From assembly GCA_041586955.1 (NCBI GenBank), contig JBFGZE010000075.1:1-17423 (forward strand): DNA of 17,423 nucleotides. Direction: 5' to 3'. Below are positions 8,656 through 17,017 of this stretch, piece by piece. The notes beneath the pieces were generated by a model, which was not told the origin of the DNA, did not search any database, and worked only from the letters and a program-made list of their open reading frames with translations. Source of the DNA: Bacteriovoracaceae bacterium. GTDB taxonomy: Bacteria > Bdellovibrionota > Bacteriovoracia > Bacteriovoracales > Bacteriovoracaceae. Numbering within the stretch: the first letter of the stretch is position 1; every line of letters starts with the position of its first letter. A program made the translations under genes and the position numbers.

Positions 8656-8745
8656 AGGAATTGCAGATCTGCCACAAACTATTCTATTGGGTAAAGATGG
8701 CAAATCAAATTTCAAGGAATTAGGCCCTTCCAAAAACGCTTGAAT
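8648..8745 (+). pseudogene. C-terminal remnant of a TlpA/thioredoxin-like gene
   Basis: KALGIADLPQTILLGKDGK then, after a frameshift, KFQGIRP. This resembles the cis-Pro 'G+..+P.T.L+d.dG.I' end of TlpA proteins. No CxxC half is present. Confidence 0.55.
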
Positions 8746-8758
8746 AATTCCTTTTCTA

Positions 8759-9184
8759 TTATTTTAATAATTGCGGGAGGGTTATTATTTTTTTTGAAAT
8801 TTCATCCCGTACGCGACGATAAACATTAAGGATTTCCTCTTCGTCGAGCATCTCTTGAGTCAAGCGTGGGGGATCATCAAACCCCATATGAATAATTTTC
8901 CCTCCTGGAAAGAGAGGGCACGTTTCATGAGCATCTGAGCAAACTGTAATGACATAATCAAAATGAATTTTCGGCAATTCATCTACGGTTTTTGATTCTT
9001 GAGAAGATATATCGATCCCTATTTCCTGCATCACTTGAACGGCCCTTGAATTCAGCCCATGCTTTTTAATTCCTGCAGAATAGGCATTAAATTGATCAGA
9101 CAAGTGATGACGGCAAATCCCCTCGCTCATCTGTGAACGGCATGAGTTCCCTGTGCATAAAAATAATATATTTTTTTTATTCAT
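8759..9184 (-). CDS. arsC: Thioredoxin-coupled arsenate reductase ArsC (LMW-PTP fold)
   Basis: P-loop C10-TGNSCRSQM, redox cysteines C82 (ITVC) and C89 (ETCP), FDDP motif. Confidence 0.88.
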   Translation of the reverse strand: MNKKNILFLCTGNSCRSQMSEGICRHHLSDQFNAYSAGIKKHGLNSRAVQVMQEIGIDISSQESKTVDELPKIHFDYVITVCSDAHETCPLFPGGKIIHMGFDDPPRLTQEMLDEEEILNVYRRVRDEISKKIITLPQLLK

Positions 9185-9192
9185 TGGTACTC

Positions 9193-11436
9193 CTACTCAT
9201 GATCACTTAATTGACGAGAATCAAAGGACGAAATGATAGGTGAAACTTTTCCAGCGTAGAGTACCCATAATTGGTGAATGGCGCGAGTGGCAGCGAGATG
9301 CAACCTTTTACGCGCACGAGGAGTATCTGGGTAGGCACTATGGTCACCATCGGGAATGATCACATAATCAAACTCCAGACCGCGAATTTGTTCGACAGTC
9401 GTGACATCTATACCTGGCCTAAAAGTAAAATCTGCATCTTCAACTAAACGCACCTGCCCTAAGTCTTTCAAACGCGAATAAAAATTGCGCGCAGTTTCCA
9501 TTTTTGAGCATATAATCGCGATTGATGCCTTTGGTTCGCGAATAATAAGATCATCTAAGGTATCAAATAAAATAATAGAACCGTGGGCCATATGCTGAAT
9601 TTGATTGAGACGGACCGGTGCCCCTTGCCTTGGGCTGGTAGGCATGGGGCCTGAAATTAAATCCCCAAGACAATTATGGGCGAATTCGACAATTGATTGT
9701 GGCGACCGATAGGAAATGGTCAACTCATTGGCACTCACGCCTTTAATATCTAAGTGCCCTAATAATTGTTCCCATGAAGAAAAACTAATACTCTCATCCA
9801 CCTGTTGAGCGGCATCACCAGCAATCGTAAAGGTTCCCTGAGGGTGAAGACCCTCTTTAAAGGCCATCAATTCCACCGGTGCCAACTCTTGCGCTTCATC
9901 AATGACCATATGGCGGTATTTTTTAATATGGCCTTTTGCTGTTCTGGAACCATTCGTTTTCAACTTTAATAAGTAGATAAGTAAGGAATGGTCTTCCAAA
10001 TCAATGGTATTATGAATAGCAAAGGCCGAGCCATCATCTGCACTCTGACCATCCAAAGTGGTATGGCCGTCATCTGATTGAGCATGTAATTGGCGAGCGG
10101 AATGAAGAAAGGTTGTTTCAACCATACGCTCGGTGATCACCCCATCACTTAATAAGCATGCTTTTTTTAACCGCTTGCGATTCGTCAAAATACTGCGTAA
10201 ATCGGTTAGAACATCGAAGACAATATTTTTTTCTTCATTTACTTTTATCTTCTGGATCGCTGTCAAAGGAATTTCTCTTTCTATCTTTTCAATACGCTCT
10301 AAAATAGAAAGTTCTGAATATTGACGAAAACACTCTCCAAGATGATGATCCCGAGACAAACGGTCCAAGCGCGAGGCGATCTCATCAATTTGCTCATTAA
10401 TATATTCCTGACATATCTTGAGAAAACAAAGGTGCCTTTTTAGAAGACTCGTCCCCAACGGGGTCGCCAAACAAATTCTTCTGGGGATACCAGGAAAGAG
10501 ACGTTCGGCCTGTTGCTGAATCCAATTCTCTCCAATTTTGATGCGCACCCGTTTAAGGCCAATCTTTTTTAATAATTCCTCGGATAAATGAATAAGACCT
10601 TTATGGGGAACAATAACCAAAACATCATGGGGCATCAGTTTTTTACGCTTACATAGCGTTGCAATGCGATGTAGAGCGACTGTGGTTTTCCCTGAACCAG
10701 CACCGCCAATAATAAGAAGCGGTTCTTTAAAACTGCGGTTCAATAGCTCGTATTGGGTATGATCTAGAAGACCGACAACTTCTGGTCCTTTAAAATTTGT
10801 CAGTCCCGTGCCAAAGGTTAGGTCACGACATGCACTACCTTGGCCACCGCCTAATTTAATATTTTCCTCTTCCAAACTGGTCCAGCGATCTTTGATTTTG
10901 ACAAAAGATTGACCATTACGATCCACACGTATCAATTTTTCATTTTCGATCGTAAGAATACTTAATTCGTGAACCACTCCTTCAAGTTCATTATCCCCTA
11001 TATCAATGTCGTAATCATCGCCTTCCCCATATTGATAAAAGACTTGCGAGATGGGTGCCTTTTTCCAATCCACAATACGAATATTATTTTTACCATCTAA
11101 AAAACTCACATGCCCTAGAAAAATATGTTTCTTGCGTTCATTTTCCAATAAGCACATATGGCCAAAATAAGGCGAATGCGTGTCAGGCAATGGTTCGGGT
11201 TGTGATAATTTTGATGCCAGGGAATATTGAAGATTTAATTGGTGATAGAGACCGGGTAAATCATCGGGCTTAGCATCTTTTATCTCTTCTTTTAATTGGC
11301 GGATATTATCGGCAATTTCTTTTAAATCGATGGGATTATCATTCGTTTTTAGGCGAATACTTTGAACAATATTGGCCAAGAATCTTTCCTGTCCCTCAAG
11401 GTATATAAGATCATTGTCACCAATCACAGTGCTCAT
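9193..11436 (-). CDS. HelD-like / UvrD-family superfamily 1 helicase-like ATPase (747 aa)
   Basis: HelD-type N-terminus (SPYFGHM...IVDWKKAPISQVFY), Walker A GGAGSGKTTVALHRIA, Walker B IDEAQE, AGDAAQ, LTISYRSP, RGLEFD and LAATRA motifs. Confidence 0.85.
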   Translation of the reverse strand: MSTVIGDNDLIYLEGQERFLANIVQSIRLKTNDNPIDLKEIADNIRQLKEEIKDAKPDDLPGLYHQLNLQYSLASKLSQPEPLPDTHSPYFGHMCLLENERKKHIFLGHVSFLDGKNNIRIVDWKKAPISQVFYQYGEGDDYDIDIGDNELEGVVHELSILTIENEKLIRVDRNGQSFVKIKDRWTSLEEENIKLGGGQGSACRDLTFGTGLTNFKGPEVVGLLDHTQYELLNRSFKEPLLIIGGAGSGKTTVALHRIATLCKRKKLMPHDVLVIVPHKGLIHLSEELLKKIGLKRVRIKIGENWIQQQAERLFPGIPRRICLATPLGTSLLKRHLCFLKICQEYINEQIDEIASRLDRLSRDHHLGECFRQYSELSILERIEKIEREIPLTAIQKIKVNEEKNIVFDVLTDLRSILTNRKRLKKACLLSDGVITERMVETTFLHSARQLHAQSDDGHTTLDGQSADDGSAFAIHNTIDLEDHSLLIYLLKLKTNGSRTAKGHIKKYRHMVIDEAQELAPVELMAFKEGLHPQGTFTIAGDAAQQVDESISFSSWEQLLGHLDIKGVSANELTISYRSPQSIVEFAHNCLGDLISGPMPTSPRQGAPVRLNQIQHMAHGSIILFDTLDDLIIREPKASIAIICSKMETARNFYSRLKDLGQVRLVEDADFTFRPGIDVTTVEQIRGLEFDYVIIPDGDHSAYPDTPRARKRLHLAATRAIHQLWVLYAGKVSPIISSFDSRQLSDHE

Positions 11437-11466
11437 TAAATGGAACTCCCTAAAAATAATTAGAAA

Positions 11467-11504
11467 CTTATAAGAGAATTTCTAGGGGCTCGCAAGGAAA
11501 TTCT
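11467..11504 (-). promoter_or_regulatory. Putative sigma70 promoter for the helD-like/arsC operon with an overlapping inverted repeat
   Basis: Minus strand TTGCGA (11495-11490), 17 nt, TATAAG (11472-11467). Inverted repeat AGAATTTC (11475-11482) / GAAATTCT (11497-11504) brackets the -35 element. Confidence 0.4.
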
Positions 11505-11605
11505 ATAAACAATCAAAATTATTAGTAAAAATGGCAATTTTCATTACTCTTTGATGCCACACAAAGCTGGAATAAATGAAGTTTTATTGATACTCTTCTC
11601 GGTCT

Positions 11606-12937
11606 ATGAAGGCCATAAAAAGTAATAATGTTCTTATTAATTCTAAGTTAGTTCCCGCCTGCTTGATTATTCAAGATGGCCTCATTGACGATATCATTCT
11701 AGACACCCCCGCAGGGTTTCAGGGAGAAATTATTGATATGGGTGACTTAGTCGTCATGCCAGGCATTATAGATACTCATGTTCATATCAATGAACCAGGT
11801 CGAACTGAATGGGAAGGCTTCAATACGGCCACCAAGGCGGCTGCAGCAGGAGGAATTACTACTGTTGTCGATATGCCTCTCAATTGTATCCCCGCCACCA
11901 CAACCAAAAAAGCGCTTCAGGAGAAAGTTGAAGCGGTTCAAGGCCAATTATGGGTAGACGTTGGCTTTTGGGGTGGCGCTGTTCCCGACCAAATTGACCA
12001 GCTTGACCAATTACTCAAGGCCGGAGTTATGGGCGTAAAGTCCTTTCTTATAGATTCAGGCGTTCCAGAATTTCAAATGATGACTGAAGCGGACCTCCAT
12101 AAGGCCATGCCAATAATCGCCGCGAATCAATTGCCTTACCTTATTCACGCTGAAATTGACGACGGCCACCAAGAAGAAGTCACAGGAGTGTATCAGACTT
12201 TTCTCAATAGCCGTCCTCGTCACTGGGAAAATGATGCGATTAGCTTGATGATCGCTCTCACCGAAAAATACCGTACTAAAACTCATATTGTTCATTTATC
12301 TAGCTCCGATGCCCTTGAACGCATTCAAAGGGCCAAGGAACAGGGACTTTCCTTCACCGTGGAAACCTGTCCCCACTACTTAACGTTGGCCTCCGAAACA
12401 ATTAAGGATGGCCAAACTATTTTTAAATGCTGCCCGCCAATTAGGGAAGAAGATAACCGCCAGGCCTTATGGGAAGGCGTAAAGTCTGGCATTATCGATT
12501 TTATTGTCTCTGACCATTCCCCTTGTACGCCTCAATTAAAATTGATTAAGCAAGGTGATCTTGACAAGGCTTGGGGCGGAATTTCTTCCCTCCAATTTTC
12601 ACTTTCCCTCGTATGGACGGAGGCCAGAAAAAAAGGACTCTCCATCGGCGATCTCTCCCGCTTAATGAGTGAGCAGACGGCCCAATTCATAGGTATCGAT
12701 CATTTGAAAGGTACTATTGCGAAAGGAAAACAAGCTGACCTTGTCGTTTGGAACCCTGAAGAAAAGTTTACGATTTCACCAGATCTTATCCAACACCGCC
12801 ATAAAGTGACACCCTATGAGGGTAAAATGGTCTATGGAAAAGTACATGCCACCTTACTAAAAGGTGATTTTATTTTTCAAGAAAATCATTACCAAGGGCC
12901 AAAAGGCTCTCTCCTATTAAGAGGTCAAAATGTCTGA
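11606..12937 (+). CDS. allB: Allantoinase (metal-dependent amidohydrolase, AllB/DAL1 type)
   Basis: DTHVHINEPGRTEWEGF, AAAGGITTVVDMPLN, GVKSF, IHAE, HIVHLSS, VETCPHYL, FKCCPPIR, SDHSPC and AWGGIS motifs. Purine-catabolism context. Confidence 0.95.
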   Translation: MKAIKSNNVLINSKLVPACLIIQDGLIDDIILDTPAGFQGEIIDMGDLVVMPGIIDTHVHINEPGRTEWEGFNTATKAAAAGGITTVVDMPLNCIPATTTKKALQEKVEAVQGQLWVDVGFWGGAVPDQIDQLDQLLKAGVMGVKSFLIDSGVPEFQMMTEADLHKAMPIIAANQLPYLIHAEIDDGHQEEVTGVYQTFLNSRPRHWENDAISLMIALTEKYRTKTHIVHLSSSDALERIQRAKEQGLSFTVETCPHYLTLASETIKDGQTIFKCCPPIREEDNRQALWEGVKSGIIDFIVSDHSPCTPQLKLIKQGDLDKAWGGISSLQFSLSLVWTEARKKGLSIGDLSRLMSEQTAQFIGIDHLKGTIAKGKQADLVVWNPEEKFTISPDLIQHRHKVTPYEGKMVYGKVHATLLKGDFIFQENHYQGPKGSLLLRGQNV

Positions 12938-13949
12938 AGTTATAATCAAGGCCACGGAGCATAATTCAATATACTCCGACCAATACATCAACCTCGCGGC
13001 CGAGCGTCTTGGAACAAAAGTGCTCTTTAGCACAGATGATTTTTTTGCCCCTAAAGAAAATCTTATCAAGCCTGGTCGCGGCATCTTTATTGTGGATAAA
13101 TATACAGAAAACGGCAAATGGATGGACGGCTGGGAATCGAGACGCAAGAGGGTCGCCGGTCATGATTACGCCGATATTCGCTTAGGACTTCCTGGCGTCA
13201 TTAAGGCGATCGATATCGATACGAATTTTTTCACCGGTAACCACCCACCCTTTGCTTCTATTGAGGCCTGCTCTTGCCACAATAGTGATCCTAACGAACA
13301 AACTGAGTGGACAGAAATCTTAGCAAAATCCGCCTTAGGCCCTGGTTGCCAAAATCTTTTTGATATTAATAACAAGCAAATGTTTACTCATATCCGCCTC
13401 CATATTTATCCTGATGGCGGTGTCGCTCGTCTTCGTATTTATGGAGAGGTTAAAAAGGATTGGTCTCAAGTGGGCCAGGACGATATCATTGATTTGGCCG
13501 CTGTCGAAAATGAAGGAAAGGCCGTCATTTGTAATGATATGTATTTCTCGCATAAAGATAATATTAATATGCCTGGGCGAGGCATCAATATGGGTGATGG
13601 CTGGGAAACCAAACGCAAAAGAGAACCTGGTAATGATTGGCTTATCCTAGCGCTCGGGAAAAAAGGCCATATATCACAAGTAATCGTAGACACCGCCCAT
13701 TTTAAAGGTAATTTCCCTGATAGCTGCTCTTTAGAAGGAGCGTTATTAGAAGAAGGCCAAGTCGATCAATTAGAAGATCCCCAAATTGAGTGGAAACCAT
13801 TATTACCTCAAGTGAAATTACAAGCTGACCATATCCACGACCTCTCATCACAATTAATTCATATTGGCGCTATTACTCATGTGCGCTTGCAAATTTATCC
13901 TGATGGGGGTGTCAGCCGGTTGCGATTATTTGGCAAAATAAGCGAGTAA
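12930..13949 (+). CDS. alc: Allantoicase
   Basis: Two allantoicase repeats: MDGWESRRKR/MGDGWETKRKR, DT.FFTGN/DTAHFKGN and IYPDGGVARLR/IYPDGGVSRLR. Overlaps allB by 8 bp. Confidence 0.96.
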   Translation: MSEVIIKATEHNSIYSDQYINLAAERLGTKVLFSTDDFFAPKENLIKPGRGIFIVDKYTENGKWMDGWESRRKRVAGHDYADIRLGLPGVIKAIDIDTNFFTGNHPPFASIEACSCHNSDPNEQTEWTEILAKSALGPGCQNLFDINNKQMFTHIRLHIYPDGGVARLRIYGEVKKDWSQVGQDDIIDLAAVENEGKAVICNDMYFSHKDNINMPGRGINMGDGWETKRKREPGNDWLILALGKKGHISQVIVDTAHFKGNFPDSCSLEGALLEEGQVDQLEDPQIEWKPLLPQVKLQADHIHDLSSQLIHIGAITHVRLQIYPDGGVSRLRLFGKISE

Positions 13950-13952
13950 GTA

Positions 13953-14462
13953 ATGACTCTAAAAGAACTCAATGAAATTCCAAGAGAAGAATTTTTAGCA
14001 AAGATGATGACCTGTTGTACTAGTACAAACTGGGGCCAATTAATGGAGGCATCGCGACCTTTTAGCGATCAAAAGCAACTTAAAGACAAGGCATTGGCCC
14101 ATTGGCAAACCCTTACCAAAAATGATTTTCTAGAGGCCTTTGATGGCCATCCAAAGATTGGTGACGTGACCTCATTGAAAATGAAATATGCCAATACCAA
14201 GGATCTCGCCAGTAATGAACAAAGTGGCGTCAACCACGCTAGTGACACTATTATTGAAGAATTGGCGGTTTATAACCAAACCTATGAACGCCGTTATGGA
14301 TTTATTTTTATTGTCTGCGCCACAGGAAAGAGTGCGGAAGAAATGCTCGCAATTTTGAAAGAACGTATAAATAATGAACCTAACGACGAATTACAGATTG
14401 CCGCTCGCGAGCAAGCAAAAATCACAAATATTCGTTTGGAGAAATTATTATGTCACCCATAA
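13953..14462 (+). CDS. uraD: OHCU decarboxylase
   Basis: EAFDGHPKIG, ASNEQSG, YERRYGFIFIVCATGKS and EQAKITNIRL motifs. Confidence 0.95.
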   Translation: MTLKELNEIPREEFLAKMMTCCTSTNWGQLMEASRPFSDQKQLKDKALAHWQTLTKNDFLEAFDGHPKIGDVTSLKMKYANTKDLASNEQSGVNHASDTIIEELAVYNQTYERRYGFIFIVCATGKSAEEMLAILKERINNEPNDELQIAAREQAKITNIRLEKLLCHP

Positions 14463-14800
14463 CCACTCATATTCTCGATACAGAGGCCGGAAAACCTGCA
14501 AAAGGAGTGATTACCACTCTCGAACTCATGAGCTCTCATAATGAGTTCCAAAAAATAGGTACTGGTATGACTGACGGTGATGGACGTATTAAGGACTTAT
14601 TGTCAGATACCCATTCGCTTGTCCCTGGTATTTACCGTCTCACTTTTCAAATCAAGTCCTATTTTGAAAAAATGGAACGCAAAAGCTTTTACCCTCTTGC
14701 CCAAATTGTTTTTGAAATAGAAGAAGGTAAAACAGAGGAACACTATCACGTCCCTCTCCTTTTAAGTGGTCACGGCCATACAACTTATAGAGGGAGCTAA
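14450..14800 (+). CDS. uraH: 5-hydroxyisourate hydrolase (transthyretin-like, no signal peptide)
   Basis: ITTHILD, TDGDGRI, FYP, HYHVPLLLS and the C-terminal YRGS signature. Overlaps uraD by 13 bp. Confidence 0.96.
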   Translation: MSPITTHILDTEAGKPAKGVITTLELMSSHNEFQKIGTGMTDGDGRIKDLLSDTHSLVPGIYRLTFQIKSYFEKMERKSFYPLAQIVFEIEEGKTEEHYHVPLLLSGHGHTTYRGS

Positions 14801-14813
14801 CACCCACTCATTT

Positions 14814-16445
14814 TTATTTAAACTCAAAGTCAATAACTTCATCTTGGCCATCAAGATGAATGGTTTTGGTCACAGCTCCTAATTTTTCATGCCACGCTTC
14901 AACGATATATTGACCAGAGGGAACACCCTTTAAATGAAAGGTACCATTACCTTTGGTCACATCGAAATAAGGATGATCAACAACGGCAATATGTCCCCCC
15001 ATCCAAGGATGAACTGAGCATTTAGTCATGACCGTAATCTCAGGTTTGCTAAAGACCTTCACGATTTTTCTTTTCTTGGCCGGCATGGGGTCATTAAATT
15101 TGCGGTTTAACTGAGTGATGGCCTTAACGTTATGAAAAATAGGATCACTATTGAGAATATGGACAGGGCGATTCACGCGTGTCCCAATAACGCGAGGTTT
15201 ATAAAGGCAGCCAATTTGATCTAAAACGACAGGTGTTTGATCTACTGGTGGCAACAGTTCTCGATCGACCCCTTTGGTAATACGAACCAAGGCATTTTTA
15301 AGTAGGCCTTTATCCACTAATAATGAATTGTCAAAGGCCCCATTAGCGTGCTGGACAGCACAGGCCTTCGGCAAGCGTAACCTTTTAGGGGCAGGAACAT
15401 TCCCATCAAAACGGACAATACCCTTAATAGAATAGCGAGTCGCCTCCGTACCAGTAGAAACTTTCTCTTTAACTGGCGCTCCTTGCTCACCCTTATGTTC
15501 AACGGAATTATTTTGTGAGACCTCTGCCAAAGGAGTGCTATCCTGTTGAGTCATAAACACGGCCGCTACAATAAAGGCCACTCCAAAAAGAATAAAGCGA
15601 TAAAGAGACCTACCCTTTTTATGTTTGACGTTAAAGAAATGACGAATGAGTGCTCCTGATAAGGAAATGATAATGAGGACAAACCAATTTTGTTCGTGCC
15701 CATAAGTGGCAGGAAAATGATTGGAAATCATAATAAAAAGCAGCCCGAGGGTGAAATAATTATTATGGGTTGAGCGGTTTTTTGCATTGACACCCCAATT
15801 TTGGTTCACGGGTCGTCCCAACTTCGATTCTTCAATCATCTTGGCCTGACGAGGGAGAATTCGAACCCAGACATTTCCAACCATCCATGTGCCGATGATC
15901 GCGGCAACGTGGTAATAGGCAGCTCTTCCGCTCAATGTCTGACAAAGTAAGTAAGTGATGCCGCAAAAATAACTGACCGTTAATAAATGCGCTAAATAAG
16001 TCGATTCGGCCAAAGCTGATTCCCACAAAAGATCATAAAAAATCCATGAAACGACAATCGAGGTAATAGACAGAGAAACTGCGGTGCCAAAGGAAATGTC
16101 CGAAATGGTTTCATCTAAAAGAAAGGTACCATTACCGCTATAAAAGATGAGTCCTAAAAGAAGTATTCCAGTTAGCCAGGTAAAGGCGGCTTCCCAGCGG
16201 AACCAATGGAGATGCTTAGGTACCTCGTTAGGACCAATTAAGAGTTTTTGAACATGGTAAAAACCACCTCCATGTACCATATGGAGGTCTCCCACATGAC
16301 CCTCTTCGGGTTTTTTATCAGGACGCGGAATAAAGCTAGCATCCAACCACATAAAAAAGAAAGATTCACCAATCCAACAAACTCCTGTAATAATATGTAG
16401 CCAGCGAACCGTTAATAAAAGCCAATCGTAGAGATTCTCACCCAT
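14814..16445 (-). CDS. puuD: Membrane urate oxidase/hydroxylase PuuD (DUF989) domain, aa 1-~298, fused to a C-terminal cupredoxin-like / carboxypeptidase-regulatory-like domain instead of cytochrome c
   Basis: RWLHIITGVCWIG.SFFF.WLD, MVHGGGFY, LHWFRWEA..TWLTG, SGRAAY.HV, M..NV..RILP.Q, RSTHNNYFTL..LFIMISNH and IRHFFN motifs. No CxxCH anywhere in the protein. C-terminal LDQIGCLYKPRV, NSDPIFHNV, KCSVHPWM and YIVEAWHE motifs. Confidence 0.92.
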   Translation of the reverse strand: MGENLYDWLLLTVRWLHIITGVCWIGESFFFMWLDASFIPRPDKKPEEGHVGDLHMVHGGGFYHVQKLLIGPNEVPKHLHWFRWEAAFTWLTGILLLGLIFYSGNGTFLLDETISDISFGTAVSLSITSIVVSWIFYDLLWESALAESTYLAHLLTVSYFCGITYLLCQTLSGRAAYYHVAAIIGTWMVGNVWVRILPRQAKMIEESKLGRPVNQNWGVNAKNRSTHNNYFTLGLLFIMISNHFPATYGHEQNWFVLIIISLSGALIRHFFNVKHKKGRSLYRFILFGVAFIVAAVFMTQQDSTPLAEVSQNNSVEHKGEQGAPVKEKVSTGTEATRYSIKGIVRFDGNVPAPKRLRLPKACAVQHANGAFDNSLLVDKGLLKNALVRITKGVDRELLPPVDQTPVVLDQIGCLYKPRVIGTRVNRPVHILNSDPIFHNVKAITQLNRKFNDPMPAKKRKIVKVFSKPEITVMTKCSVHPWMGGHIAVVDHPYFDVTKGNGTFHLKGVPSGQYIVEAWHEKLGAVTKTIHLDGQDEVIDFEFK

Positions 16446-16477
16446 TTTCCACTTACCTTTTTAAACTTTAGCCTAAT

Positions 16478-16506
16478 AAAATAGCCCATGCAGATGGGCC
16501 TGCCAA
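16478..16506 (-). promoter_or_regulatory. Candidate puuD promoter with a palindrome filling the spacer
   Basis: Minus strand TTGGCA, 17 nt, TATTTT. The spacer contains GCCCAT-N4-ATGGGC (16484-16499). Confidence 0.3.
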
Positions 16507-16593
16507 GAATAAATCCGCTTTGGCACTACGCTCTCCTCACAAATAAGAAATAGGTGATATAATGCTGTAGGAATATTACTTGAGATCCTTAAA

Positions 16594-16890
16594 ATGGCAC
16601 GACTGAAAACAAGAGACCTTTATCAAATAAATGGCAACTGCGGTATTTGTGGTCACCGTATTTTAAGGTTAAAGCACGCCAATATAGACCATATTATCCC
16701 TAAAAGTCAGGGTGGCGGTGATTATGATCATAATCTGCAAATAAGTCATCGCTGGTGTAATCAGGTAAAAGGCAATCTCCGCAGAGACCAAACTTTTAAA
16801 CCCACTTTTGCATGGAATATTAAGATGATGGCCCTTTTTGAGATGGGTCTTTTATCTTTTGGGCACGATCATAAAAGGCCACCCTCTTAA
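16594..16890 (+). CDS. Small stand-alone HNH endonuclease-domain protein
   Basis: CGICG...IDHIIPKSQGG...NLQISHRWCNQVKG, with a CxxC/HxxC zinc site and the HNH core. Confidence 0.85.
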   Translation: MARLKTRDLYQINGNCGICGHRILRLKHANIDHIIPKSQGGGDYDHNLQISHRWCNQVKGNLRRDQTFKPTFAWNIKMMALFEMGLLSFGHDHKRPPS

Positions 16891-17017
16891 TTCGCTCCTT
16901 CTCGCAGGAGGCTAACCACCTAATTTTACAATCATAATAACGAATTTTAGGTAAATAGTGGGGCCATTAGCTTAAATAAATATATATAAATCAATAAAAA
17001 AGCCGATAGGAAGGTGG

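Noticed and set aside
10133..13693. Short ORFs inside the helD-like, allB and alc genes
   Set aside because: Shadow ORFs of strongly supported genes.
15348..15362. CAVQH in the PuuD tail as a degenerate CxxCH heme site
   Set aside because: It lacks the second Cys, and the surrounding sequence looks beta-strand rather than cytochrome c-like. It is more likely the disulfide partner of C413.
16488..16506. TTGGCA...TGCA upstream of puuD as a sigma54 promoter
   Set aside because: GG-to-GC spacing is 11 nt rather than the required 10.
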